A stretch of 64,000 bases of DNA from an uncultured Gammaproteobacteria bacterium (GTDB taxonomy: Bacteria > Patescibacteriota > Patescibacteriia > JACQRZ01), in NCBI GenBank assembly GCA_964621085.1, contig CAZUKY010000003.1, positions 8,290-72,289 of the forward strand, written 5' to 3'. The position numbers were made by a program, and so were the translations under genes. Positions within the stretch are counted from its first letter, which is position 1. The number at the start of each line of letters is the position of its first letter. Of this stretch, positions 48,155 to 57,418 are shown piece by piece. The notes under the pieces are model-generated. The model saw nothing but the letters and a program-made list of their open reading frames with translations. It was not told where the DNA came from and searched no databases.

Positions 48155-48511
48155 GTGGCCAAAGTGGACGAGTCGCGGCTTGCCGTGATCAGGCCGATGT
48201 TCCAAATCGGACTTCCCATGGTCGTGATCGCGCGCACGGTGCGCTGCTCCACGGCCACGCTCCAGAACGACAAGGCCCGCCTCGGCAGCGAAATCGCCGA
48301 TGCGCCCGGCTCCAAGGCGGAGATCGCCAGGCTCGCTACCAAGCGGCTTGCCGAACTCCAGGCCGGACAACCGTTTTTCCATTCGGGAGAGAAGGTCGAT
48401 TGCATCCAAGAAGTCCACCTTCCGAATCCTCTTTCCAGACACCTCCTCGTTGCGCGCGGTCATGAATACACCTCCTGTCAATACGACAGAAGATGCACTC
48501 ACTTCCTTTGA
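48155..48511 (+). CDS. small GC-rich hypothetical protein (possible HTH regulator) with GTG start
   Basis: Perfect AAGGAGG Shine-Dalgarno 8 nt upstream of GTG at 48155. GC-rich gene inside the AT-rich island. The minus-strand ORF 48113-48502 is the alternative reading. Confidence 0.4.
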   Translation: MAKVDESRLAVIRPMFQIGLPMVVIARTVRCSTATLQNDKARLGSEIADAPGSKAEIARLATKRLAELQAGQPFFHSGEKVDCIQEVHLPNPLSRHLLVARGHEYTSCQYDRRCTHFL

Positions 48512-49099
48512 GTGAAACCTTCTGTCTGCGAAAATGCAAGCTAAAGCATACGCAAAATTATTCGAAAAGTCAAGAGTGCCGCCTCAAATTAAGAAACAGG
48601 TCCTCGTTTTCAACACAACCGAGTTGATACTACGCTGGAATTCGATGATTTGTCCGATTTGTATAATCAGGTCAGCAGATTGTCGCCACATATTGCCTCG
48701 GAGTAGGTGAGTTATTGCTGCCTGCACGACAGGAGAGCTCGCGGTTTTCGAAAAAGCCGCGCGCTGAATTGCCAACTCCATCCCGATGGCGTTTATGAGG
48801 TAAAATCTCTAAAATAATAGACATCTTAAACTCTAATCCATGCAGATATGGCAAAAGGGAACAGCAGCCAGCGAAAGGAGAAAAAGAAGCCGAAGAAGGA
48901 CAAGGAGAAAGGACGGTAAGTGAAAAATTTTTTAAGAGGAAAAGAGAAGAGATCGTTTCGAACTGAGACGGTCTTTTTTCAATTCCAGTGGAGAGTCTTC
49001 GACTTCAAATGTACTCTATCGCCCTCATCGAGATTATCAGCTTCGCCGGCGGAATAGTCCCTTGCCATTTGGACAGAAATCAGGTATGCTATTCCGATT

Positions 49100-50566
49100 A
49101 TGGCGCAAGAAACTGTCGTCCTTCGCTTCAGCGAAGTGACCTTCGAATATAATGAAACAAAGCACATCCTCGATGAGGCGAGTTTTTCCATTCGCAGGGG
49201 TTCAAAAGTCGCGCTCATGGGGCAAAACGGGGCCGGAAAGACGTCGCTCTTCAAATTAATCCTTGGCGAGCTTAAACGAAAGGAAGGCGTCATTTCTCTG
49301 ACGCCAAAAGACGCTAAGGTAGGCATCGCGAAGCAGGTGATCCCGCTCGAGCAGATGGACATGACTGTTCGCGATTGGTTCGCGAGTACGTTTGAAACGG
49401 CGCCGTACAACCTCGACAAGCTGATTGCCGATGTCCTTGATGCGGTGAATCTGCAGACCGATTGCACGAAAAAAGTGCGTGAGCACTCCGGCGGCCAGCA
49501 AGCCCGCCTCTTGCTTGCGTATGCATTGATCCAGGACCCGGACATCTTGCTCCTTGACGAGCCGACGAATAATCTTGATCAGGACGGCATTGACCATCTC
49601 ACCGGTTTTCTCATGGCCCATGACACGACCGTGTTGGTGATTTCGCATGATGCTGATTTTTTGAATGCGTTTACCGACGCCGTCCTCTACCTTGATGTGC
49701 ATACGCATAAGATTGAGCAATACGTCGGGAACTACTCGGATGTCGTCGAGGAGATTGCCGAGCGGATCGAGCGGGAACGGATGGCCAACGCGCGTGCCGA
49801 AACGGCGATTCGCAAAAAGAAGGAGCAGGCGGAAGTCTTTGCGCACAAAGGGGGCAAGCTGCGCTCAGTGGCAAAGCGCATGCGCGAATACGCGGAAGAT
49901 ATGGAGGAGAATATGGTGGACGTACGCCGCGAGGACAAGACCATCCGCACATTTGAAATACCAGTGCAGGAATTCTCATTCGAGTTTTCCGGAAAAATCG
50001 TCGAGATGCGCGAGGTCAGTATCCTGAAGCACGGCGAACCGGTCACAAAAGATCTCGACATGGTGCTCCGTCGCTCTTCCCATCTGTTGCTCGCAGGTCC
50101 CAATGGCATCGGCAAAAGCACGCTTCTTAAAAAAATAGTCGCCGGTCAAGCCGATGGTGTTACGGTCGGGGAGGGAGTCCGTGTCGGCTATTACAGTCAG
50201 GATTTTTCCGTCCTGAATTTCGAACAGAGGGCGTACGACTGCCTTGATGAGGTCATGGAAGAGAAGGATGAGCATCGGCTCCGCTCCACTGCTGCAGGTT
50301 TTTTACTTGACGGTAAAGTTCTTGCGAGTCAGATCAAATATTTGTCCGAAGGGCAGAAGGGCCTCTTGTCGTTTGCGCGATTGACATTGATGCAGCCCGG
50401 ACTCCTTATTCTTGATGAGCCGACCAACCACATCAATTTTCGCCATTTGCCAGTGATCGCCCAAGCACTTGATTCCTACGAGGGAGCCCTGATCATGGTA
50501 AGCCACATACCCGATTTCGTCTCGCAGATCCGGATCGATACGACTATCGATCTCAGCAAGCTGTGA
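49100..50566 (+). CDS. ABC-F family ATPase (tandem ABC domains, no TMD; Uup/EttA-like)
   Basis: Two Walker A motifs (GQNGAGKTS, GPNGIGKST), two ABC signatures (HSGGQQ, LSEGQKG) and an inter-domain linker rich in K/E/R. Confidence 0.88.
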   Translation: MAQETVVLRFSEVTFEYNETKHILDEASFSIRRGSKVALMGQNGAGKTSLFKLILGELKRKEGVISLTPKDAKVGIAKQVIPLEQMDMTVRDWFASTFETAPYNLDKLIADVLDAVNLQTDCTKKVREHSGGQQARLLLAYALIQDPDILLLDEPTNNLDQDGIDHLTGFLMAHDTTVLVISHDADFLNAFTDAVLYLDVHTHKIEQYVGNYSDVVEEIAERIERERMANARAETAIRKKKEQAEVFAHKGGKLRSVAKRMREYAEDMEENMVDVRREDKTIRTFEIPVQEFSFEFSGKIVEMREVSILKHGEPVTKDLDMVLRRSSHLLLAGPNGIGKSTLLKKIVAGQADGVTVGEGVRVGYYSQDFSVLNFEQRAYDCLDEVMEEKDEHRLRSTAAGFLLDGKVLASQIKYLSEGQKGLLSFARLTLMQPGLLILDEPTNHINFRHLPVIAQALDSYEGALIMVSHIPDFVSQIRIDTTIDLSKL

Positions 50567-50606
50567 CGAAATTTTTTGAGAACAGTAGCGAGAAGGCAAG
50601 AAGGGC

Positions 50607-50990
50607 GTGGGATTCGACGTGTGGCATCATGGCAAGAGCGGCATCGGCGCGCCGGGATTGCCGCCCATTCATTCGGAACTTGCGTTGTTTTCACTAGGAA
50701 GCGTCACCATTGACGGCACATTGGTTGCCGACGGTGTCCCGATTCACGTGATGACGGTTGAACAAGGTCTGCTGCCGGGAGTGTTGGCGCTTGAGATTGG
50801 CGATGTACGCACGAGGACGCTAGGCATTCCGAATGGTCATCTCCTCATCATGTGGAACACCTATGACCTTGAGAGTAATGCCCACTCCATTAAAAAGATG
50901 CGATATGCAATCGGAATGACCGCTATTCTCGCAGGTCTGGCGGGACTCGCCTGGCTGATTCGCCGCGATAAGAAATATTTTCGAAAGTAA
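50607..50990 (+). CDS. hypothetical protein with C-terminal TM anchor
   Basis: 127 aa with no homology recognised. C-terminal AIGMTAILAGLAGLAWLI helix. Confidence 0.35.
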   Translation: MGFDVWHHGKSGIGAPGLPPIHSELALFSLGSVTIDGTLVADGVPIHVMTVEQGLLPGVLALEIGDVRTRTLGIPNGHLLIMWNTYDLESNAHSIKKMRYAIGMTAILAGLAGLAWLIRRDKKYFRK

Positions 50991-50995
50991 GTCGC

Positions 50996-51973
50996 TCAGG
51001 CGGCGCTTGCTTTTCTGATCCGATCCGCGATCGCCTGTCCTAAGCCACTTTTTTTCGGAATGGGTATCGCGATGATATCTACTTTTTTGGCATCTAAATA
51101 ACGGAATCCACTATAGATGCGCCGCGCAAGCTGTTCTTCGTTTTTCCTCGAGCCCCAGTCGTATGACACAAAACCGAGTTTCATGACGGCAGGCTTCCAT
51201 TCGGTATAACACATACAGCCTATCTTTGCGTCTGGGTTCTGGCGCGTATAGCGTACAATATCTTGAAGTGTGCGTACGGGAAGTACTCGCGCTCTCGGAC
51301 TGTAGTGGCGTTTGTACTGTCCCGGTGATTTTCGAGACGCGACTCCTGGGTAGTCTTGAATTGCGGGGAGAACTTTTTTGAGTTGTTGAAACGTGATGCC
51401 GCCCGGGCGCAAGATGCGCGGCGGTTGTGAGGTGAGGTCGACGACGGTGGACTCGATGCCGATACGGGACCGTCCGGCCTTGATCACCCCAGCGATTTTT
51501 CCGCCGAGGTCTTCTAGGACGTGTTCAGTGGTTGTCGGACTGGTGTGGGAAAACATGTTCGCACTCGGCGCGGCTATCGGAACGCCGGCTGCGGCGATGA
51601 GTCGTACGGCGAGTGGATGCGCAGGAATACGGATGCCGACCGTTTTTTTGCCGCCCGTTACAATATTTGGAATATTCGATTTTTTTTGAAGAATCAGCGT
51701 CAGTGGCCCGGGCCAGAATGCGCGGGCGAGCGCGTACGCGTGCGGCGTCATTTCCGCAACAGATTCTGCCATTGTGATGTTTGCGCAGTGCACGATGATC
51801 GGGTCGGCGAATGGGCGCCCCTTTGCTTTGAAAATATTCTGGACGGCACGTTCATCGAAGGCATTCGCGCCAAGCCCATAGACAGTTTCAGTTGGGAATG
51901 CCACAAGCTTTCCCCGCGCGATCAGCTGTGCGGCTTTTGGTATGTCTGTTGATTTGAATACAATCGTTTTCAT
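50996..51973 (-). CDS. tsaC: L-threonylcarbamoyladenylate synthase (Sua5/TsaC/YrdC family with Sua5 C-terminal domain)
   Basis: YrdC core (LIARGKLVAFPTETVYGLGANAFDERAVQNIFKAKGRP..PLTL) plus the C-terminal Sua5 domain. Confidence 0.88.
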   Translation of the reverse strand: MKTIVFKSTDIPKAAQLIARGKLVAFPTETVYGLGANAFDERAVQNIFKAKGRPFADPIIVHCANITMAESVAEMTPHAYALARAFWPGPLTLILQKKSNIPNIVTGGKKTVGIRIPAHPLAVRLIAAAGVPIAAPSANMFSHTSPTTTEHVLEDLGGKIAGVIKAGRSRIGIESTVVDLTSQPPRILRPGGITFQQLKKVLPAIQDYPGVASRKSPGQYKRHYSPRARVLPVRTLQDIVRYTRQNPDAKIGCMCYTEWKPAVMKLGFVSYDWGSRKNEEQLARRIYSGFRYLDAKKVDIIAIPIPKKSGLGQAIADRIRKASAA

Positions 51974-52057
51974 GGCACCATGCTACCATAGCAGAATACA
52001 ACAGAAAAGGTCGACACTCGGCCTCACGAACTCGTCGTTTTATGGCATACTACTCGT

Positions 52058-52549
52058 ATGCAGTCTCTTACCATCAGAAATATCGTTTTTGGCGTGGAAG
52101 ACAGTCTGGTCTCCACGCTTGGGTTTCTTGCCGGCGTCTCGATCGGGGGCTTTGAGCAGCGCTGGATTATCCTCTCAGGATTGGTGCTTATATTTGTCGA
52201 AGCGTTCTCGATGGGCGTGGGAAGTTTTCTTTCGGAAAAGACATCCGAAGAGTTCGAACAGAAAAGGGTGGTCCCGCTCGGAACCTCTCTTCACGCCGGA
52301 TTCACAATGTTTGTATCGTACCTTTTTGCCGGGTCGATTCCATTAAGCCCATATCTTCTCCTTGCGGGAGCGAGCGCATTCTGGACATCGATCATCTGTT
52401 CGCTTGCCGCGCTTTTTGCGCTTGGCTTTGTCAGCGGAAGAGAGTCCCGCGTGAATCCCGTGAAGGTCGGAGTCCGCATGCTGATCATTGGCGGAGGGGC
52501 AATGGCGATTGGCGGAGCAATTGGATCCTTTATTAAAGCCGGCTTGTAA
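52058..52549 (+). CDS. VIT1/CCC1-family membrane protein (putative Fe/Mn transporter, short form)
   Basis: N-terminal FGVEDSLVSTLGFLAGVS motif and about 4-5 TM helices. Confidence 0.65.
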   Translation: MQSLTIRNIVFGVEDSLVSTLGFLAGVSIGGFEQRWIILSGLVLIFVEAFSMGVGSFLSEKTSEEFEQKRVVPLGTSLHAGFTMFVSYLFAGSIPLSPYLLLAGASAFWTSIICSLAALFALGFVSGRESRVNPVKVGVRMLIIGGGAMAIGGAIGSFIKAGL

Positions 52550-52645
52550 ATACGACTTTTCTTTTGATAGAAATCGAGATTTTATTTTCCACCCTTTTTA
52601 TAACGAGTTCGTGGTAAAATAAAAAAATAATGTGTATTCTCCCAT

Positions 52646-53683
52646 ATGATTCATCACAATCGTGCCGCTCTTCTTGGGGGCTGGGCCGTTTTGCTTTGCG
52701 GACTCGCGTATTTGACTCCTGCCGTGGCAGAAGTGTGTAATCCCAACGTTCCTTCGTATTCTCAACCAGGCTGCACGGAACCGGGGCAAACAACCTCATC
52801 GTATACACCGCCAACCGCAACAACGCCGTACACACCCCCATCCGAAACGACCCCCTACACCCCGACTACTGAAACTACTCCCTATACCGCACCCACTGAA
52901 ACAACTCCGTATACTCCGCCGACCGAGATAACGCCATTTACCCTTCCGGAAGGTCCGTCGTGGACACCGTCATCCGATACGAAAACATCACCTGATACAG
53001 TCGAGTCACATAGCAAAGAAGTAACCCCAGCCCAAAAAGCAATCGTCATGGATGGTAAAGCGAAAAAGATTCTTTCAAATGTCTTAAAAAAGAGCGCGAT
53101 TATTATTCTTCCCGAAGATCGCGGAAAGGCATGGTATGTTAACCCCAAAACACAAGAGCGCGCCTATTTAGGCCGACCAGCCGATGCATTTAAGGTTATG
53201 CGCTCAGCGGGGATCGGCATTACAAACAAGGATTTGCTTCGCATCCCGGAAAGTACTGAAGAAGGGGATGTGACCTATGGCTGCAAACACATAGGAAAAA
53301 TCTTTCTCCAGGTTGAGTCAAAAGGAGAGGCGTGGTATGTGCACCCCATGAATTGCAAGCGCTATTTTCTGAATAGGCCCTCGGATGCTTTTGAGCTCAT
53401 GCGCAAACTTGGACTTGGCGTATCCAATGCAGATGCCGGCAAGATTCCCGTAAACGAGAAGCTCGACGACCCGGAGCGCCCGCAGGATCTTGCATCCGAA
53501 GAATCGAAAGAAACAGTGGAGAAAAAAGATGATGAAAAGAAGCCTGCGATAGATACAAAGCAGATCAATCAGAATACCAAGCAGATCAATGACGCGATAC
53601 AGCGCAGTATTCAGAACGACGCCCAAAACAGGGTATGGAATCTTTTCCAGAACCGATATCCATCATCGAGTCTGCGGTACTAG
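52646..53683 (+). CDS. secreted protein with (E/A)TTPYTP heptad repeats and a duplicated ~45-aa WYV-P..RYFL.RP.DAF..M domain
   Basis: Signal peptide. Six TTPYTPP-type repeats. Two copies of GKAWYVNPKTQERAYLGRPADAFKVMRSAGIGI / GEAWYVHPMNCKRYFLNRPSDAFELMRKLGLGV. Basic/acidic C-terminal tail. Confidence 0.7.
   Translation: MIHHNRAALLGGWAVLLCGLAYLTPAVAEVCNPNVPSYSQPGCTEPGQTTSSYTPPTATTPYTPPSETTPYTPTTETTPYTAPTETTPYTPPTEITPFTLPEGPSWTPSSDTKTSPDTVESHSKEVTPAQKAIVMDGKAKKILSNVLKKSAIIILPEDRGKAWYVNPKTQERAYLGRPADAFKVMRSAGIGITNKDLLRIPESTEEGDVTYGCKHIGKIFLQVESKGEAWYVHPMNCKRYFLNRPSDAFELMRKLGLGVSNADAGKIPVNEKLDDPERPQDLASEESKETVEKKDDEKKPAIDTKQINQNTKQINDAIQRSIQNDAQNRVWNLFQNRYPSSSLRY
52790..52950 (+). repeat. 21-nt tandem repeats encoding TTPYTPP units
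   Basis: acNccNtacacNccNNcNgaaac-type periodicity is visible in the DNA. Confidence 0.7.
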
Positions 53684-53789
53684 TGTAGGAAATTCCTGCT
53701 TTCATAGGACCCGGTACCAATATTGACATTGCTGCGCAATATCCGATACTGTCTTCAGGCACCCTTTGGCATGAGAGGAGCTCCTGATC

Positions 53790-54332
53790 GTGGGCGAGAC
53801 GACAGACATTGCCAGCAGGCAATCCGGAAATGGCCGGCGCGCGTCTGCGACAAAGCGGATTGCGTTTGCGCCTGGAACAAACCCGCTCCAGTTCGATCTC
53901 ATTCGGAGCGCAGCGATTTATATCGAGAACATTCAGCATCTCTTCCACTCTGTGGTTGGGGCTGTTGCGTTGATCGTGGCAGAGCTCAATCTTGTGGAGA
54001 TGGAGCGGCTGAGTGGAATAGAGTACACGCCGCAAGTCGACATTCGGGTCGGGGCTGCGGATGTTGTGCGACTCCTTCAGTCGCTGAGAGATCTTCTCGA
54101 AGAGATCGACAATCCGGATCTGAACGGTCTGCTCGCATCCGTTGGAGAGGTTCAGGAGATGGCGATTGAGTTCAAGGCCATCTTTGAGAACAGAGCGGAG
54201 GACCAGCGGCGCTTCGTCTGCGATATGGCGCGGGGAACGGGGAGGACGCTGCTTGCGATCCTCAGCGACGACATGATCAACTACATCTCATCGGAGTATT
54301 TGACGCAGGCGCTGAAAAGAGCCCCAAGCTGA
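53790..54332 (+). CDS. hypothetical protein
   Basis: 180-aa ORF with no recognised domain. The minus-strand ORF 53586-54035 overlaps it and looks low-complexity. Confidence 0.3.
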   Translation: MGETTDIASRQSGNGRRASATKRIAFAPGTNPLQFDLIRSAAIYIENIQHLFHSVVGAVALIVAELNLVEMERLSGIEYTPQVDIRVGAADVVRLLQSLRDLLEEIDNPDLNGLLASVGEVQEMAIEFKAIFENRAEDQRRFVCDMARGTGRTLLAILSDDMINYISSEYLTQALKRAPS

Positions 54333-54539
54333 CTGCAGCGTGAGAGTGTTCCAGCACTTGAGCTATGCGAAAGCGGTGCAATCGGTCCGGCTCCAACCAT
54401 ACAATGGAGTCTCAGTTCAAGAATGCGTGTTCTTGCTGACGAGTCCAAAAGGACGAAACTGAGATCGCTGGCCACATATCGGGTTGAGCGCATGGATGAC
54501 CGATAGTATGAAGTGATTCATTATTAAATCATCGAATAT

Positions 54540-54923
54540 ATGACAAAGGGGAAGTATGTAGACGGCTTTCTGCTTGTTGTGCCAAAGAAGAAGCGTGCGG
54601 AGTATCGAACGTTGGCACTGATCGGCAAAAAGATGTGGCTGAAGCACGGCGCCCTTGATTATAAAGAATGCGTGGGCGAAGATATGAATCCACACATGCA
54701 GGGAATGCCAATGCTGACATTCCCAAAGCTCGTGAACGCGAAAAAGAATGAAGAAGTGTGGTTCTCGTTCATTGTTTTCAAGTCCAAAAAACACCGTGAC
54801 ACTGTTAATAAAAAGGTGATGGCAGAGATGGATAAAGAAATGGCGAAGCATATGGACAAACCAATGCCGTTCGACATGAAGCGCATGTCGTACGGCGGCT
54901 TCGCGGTTAATGTCGGTGCCTGA
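54540..54923 (+). CDS. DUF1428-family protein
   Basis: YVDGFLLVVPKKKRAEYRTLALIGKKMWLKHGALDYKECVGED matches the DUF1428 N-terminal signature. Confidence 0.7.
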   Translation: MTKGKYVDGFLLVVPKKKRAEYRTLALIGKKMWLKHGALDYKECVGEDMNPHMQGMPMLTFPKLVNAKKNEEVWFSFIVFKSKKHRDTVNKKVMAEMDKEMAKHMDKPMPFDMKRMSYGGFAVNVGA

Positions 54924-54955
54924 CCAAGAATGATTACTTACTAACCTGCGATTTT

Positions 54956-55372
54956 ATGGCAAAGCTCAATCCTTTCTTGCGATTCAACGACGGCAAATGC
55001 CGCGAGGCGATGAATTTTTATAAGGAGTGCTTCGGGGGAGAGGTGACGTTTATGCCAATCGGCGAGAGTCCGATGGCAGACCAGGTGCCGCCGGAAAAAC
55101 AAGGCTATATCATGCACTCGGAGCTCAAGAGCGGCGATATATTTTTTTCTGGGTCGGATATGATGCGGGATGTTGCCGTTGTTGGAGATAATGTCGGTGT
55201 CACGCTCAATTGCACCAGTGAAGAGGAGATCCGGTCGCTTTTTACGAAGCTTTCGGAAGGCGGGGAAGTTTTTTGTCCGCTCGAGGATGCGTTTTGGGGT
55301 GCTCTCTTTGGCATGGTTACTGACAAATACGGCGTTGAGTGGATGCTCAACTATCAAAAGGAGAAGAAATAA
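54956..55372 (+). CDS. VOC-superfamily protein (PhnB-like / glyoxalase-like)
   Basis: LRFNDGKCREAMNFYKECFGGEV...YGVEWML is typical of PhnB/COG2764. Confidence 0.7.
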   Translation: MAKLNPFLRFNDGKCREAMNFYKECFGGEVTFMPIGESPMADQVPPEKQGYIMHSELKSGDIFFSGSDMMRDVAVVGDNVGVTLNCTSEEEIRSLFTKLSEGGEVFCPLEDAFWGALFGMVTDKYGVEWMLNYQKEKK

Positions 55373-55392
55373 ATGATACTGGAGGTCATTGA

Positions 55393-56793
55393 TTGCATAT
55401 GCACGGGAGCGTACTGACAGAGGGAAATATCCGAAAACAACTGTGGGTGCTCGCATGGCCGATGATGTTGTCGGTTTTTTTCCATACGCTTTACAACACG
55501 GTCGATGCGTTCTGGGTAAGCAAGCTTTCGCCAGAAGCCATCGCTGCTGTCTCGATTTCGCAGATCGCACTTTTCATGATGGGCGCATTGAGTATGGGGA
55601 TTACGGCAGGTTCAGGTGTTGTAATGGGAATGCATATCGGCGCGAAAGAAATGAAGCGCGCCGGAAAGATTCTGGGGCAGTCGTTTGTCCTCTCTGCCAT
55701 TGCCGGTGTTATTGCGACCATACTTGCGCTCGTGTTCAGAAATCCACTCCTGATCGTATCGGGTGCGACCGGAGCGATTATGGCACCCGCTATCGAGTAT
55801 TTCAATATTGTCGCTGGCGGCTCGATCTTGATATTTATTATGTTTGCTATCGTTTTCGCGCTCAATGCGCAAGGCGATAACAAAACAGGAACCTGGCTCT
55901 TCGCAATCTCCACAGCGGTCAATACGATCTTGGACCCGATCCTTATCTTTGGTTGGTTTGGCGCACCCGCTTTTGGTATTTCCGGTGCGGCTATTGCAAC
56001 ACTGATCTCTCAGGCGGTATTTATTGCTATCGCAATGGTTAAGATATCGCGTCCGGACATGCTTGTGCCATTTCATTTTTCCAACCTATCATTCAGTTGG
56101 CGCTCAGTGAAACAAGTCTTGAATATCGGCTTTCCTGCCGCCATTACGAATGTGTTGGGTCCCATTGGTATTGCATTGACGACGCTGCTTGCCTCCCTGT
56201 ATTTCAAGGAGGCAGGCGCGATTGCCGTCTCAATCGGATTTCGCGTTGAGTTCTTTGCGTTTCTCCCGGCAATCGGTTTTGGGTTCGGTTCCATGGCATT
56301 TCTTGGACAGAATATCGGCGCACAAAAAATCGATCGGGCGCGACAAGCGTATCGCACAGCTCTTGCCATGGGATCGGGGATTGCCGCTGTGTTTGGGCTC
56401 ATTATCGCTCTGTTTGCTGTTCCGATTGTTGCCCTGTTCACTTCAGATGCCGTTGTCACGCAGTACGCCCGCACGTACATATGGATGGTGCCGCTCAGTT
56501 ATGGGTTTCTCGCAGCGGCGCTCATTGAGGCGACATCTTTCCAGGGGATTGGAAAATCCTGGCCAGGATTCTGGTTGACGGCACTTCGTATCGTTGTGGT
56601 GGCAGTGCTTGCTCTTACGTCCTTCCAATTCAGCTCATCGATTCTTGTGTTGTGGGCTGCGGTTATGGTCGGATACATTGTCGCGTCAGTGGTTGGTTTC
56701 TTCTGGCTTAAGCGAACAATGAACGCTCTTGTGCCTGCTCCGTCACTTTCATCACCACCAGCGATGCTCGAAACAAAGCAGAGCGAAGCATAG
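55393..56793 (+). CDS. MATE-family efflux transporter
   Basis: 12 TM helices and a MatE N-terminal signature (KQLWVLAWPMMLSVFFHTLYNTVDAFWVSKLSPEAIAAVS). Confidence 0.85.
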   Translation: MHMHGSVLTEGNIRKQLWVLAWPMMLSVFFHTLYNTVDAFWVSKLSPEAIAAVSISQIALFMMGALSMGITAGSGVVMGMHIGAKEMKRAGKILGQSFVLSAIAGVIATILALVFRNPLLIVSGATGAIMAPAIEYFNIVAGGSILIFIMFAIVFALNAQGDNKTGTWLFAISTAVNTILDPILIFGWFGAPAFGISGAAIATLISQAVFIAIAMVKISRPDMLVPFHFSNLSFSWRSVKQVLNIGFPAAITNVLGPIGIALTTLLASLYFKEAGAIAVSIGFRVEFFAFLPAIGFGFGSMAFLGQNIGAQKIDRARQAYRTALAMGSGIAAVFGLIIALFAVPIVALFTSDAVVTQYARTYIWMVPLSYGFLAAALIEATSFQGIGKSWPGFWLTALRIVVVAVLALTSFQFSSSILVLWAAVMVGYIVASVVGFFWLKRTMNALVPAPSLSSPPAMLETKQSEA

Positions 56794-56816
56794 AAATATA
56801 CTAATCTCACTGAACT

Positions 56817-57047
56817 ATGAAAAAACTCACATGCAAAGACCTCGGCGGTCCGTGCGATGCGGAGCTCACCGGAAATAGCTTTGAGGAAATCGGCGGAAGG
56901 AGCCATGACCATGTCATGGAGCAAATCGCGCGCGGCGATGAAGCTCACCGGCAAGCGGTTGAGAAAATGAAAAGCGCTTCGCCCCAAGAGCAAATGGCCA
57001 TGATGGCGGAGTTTCAAAAAAAGTATAATGAGGCGTTAGAAGAATAG
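56817..57047 (+). CDS. DUF1059-family small protein
   Basis: MKKLTCKDLGGPCDAELTG..FEE matches the DUF1059 start. Confidence 0.7.
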   Translation: MKKLTCKDLGGPCDAELTGNSFEEIGGRSHDHVMEQIARGDEAHRQAVEKMKSASPQEQMAMMAEFQKKYNEALEE

Positions 57048-57082
57048 GGAGGCAGGAGCGAGGCCTCATGTAACTGTCGCAT

Positions 57083-57418
57083 GTGTCAAAAAAAGCAATG
57101 TTATTTCAGGCGAAGGTTCTTGATGTAGTCCGGCGGATTCCAAAAGGCAGTATTATGACGTATGCGGGAGTGGCGGCCGCAGCAGGACGTCCGCGCGCGT
57201 GCCGCGCCGTCGGGAGTATTTTGAAAAGGAATGCAGATCCGGCCATTCCATGTCATCGGGTCGTTCGGTCAGATGGAAGAGCAGGGGAGTACAACGGTCT
57301 TCGCGGAATGAAAACAGAACTTTTACGCCGCGAGGGCGTACGTATAAACGCCAGAGGAAAAATTATCACCGGAATACATGCATCACATACCGGAATTCGG
57401 CATCAAACGGGAGAATGA
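57083..57418 (+). CDS. MGMT-family protein (methylated-DNA-protein-cysteine methyltransferase DNA-binding domain; Cys retained)
   Basis: V..IP.G...TY..VA and PCHRVV active-site motifs on a single-domain 111-aa protein. Confidence 0.75.
   Translation: MSKKAMLFQAKVLDVVRRIPKGSIMTYAGVAAAAGRPRACRAVGSILKRNADPAIPCHRVVRSDGRAGEYNGLRGMKTELLRREGVRINARGKIITGIHASHTGIRHQTGE

Larger units (their letters stand above)
46030..49090. mobile_element. putative tRNA-Asn-adjacent genomic island (AT-rich; no integrase seen)
   Basis: Abrupt drop in GC directly 3' of tRNA-Asn, returning to high GC at the ABC-F gene. A tRNA 3'-end-like fragment lies at about 46140-46178. The island carries the TIR-like/DUF3800 module and a small GC-rich gene. 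Confidence 0.4.

Noticed and set aside
48113-48502. 129-aa minus-strand ORF in the GC-rich patch of the island
   Set aside because: The competing plus-strand ORF has a perfect Shine-Dalgarno and a GTG start. The minus ORF lacks start context. Left unresolved and noted in the finding.
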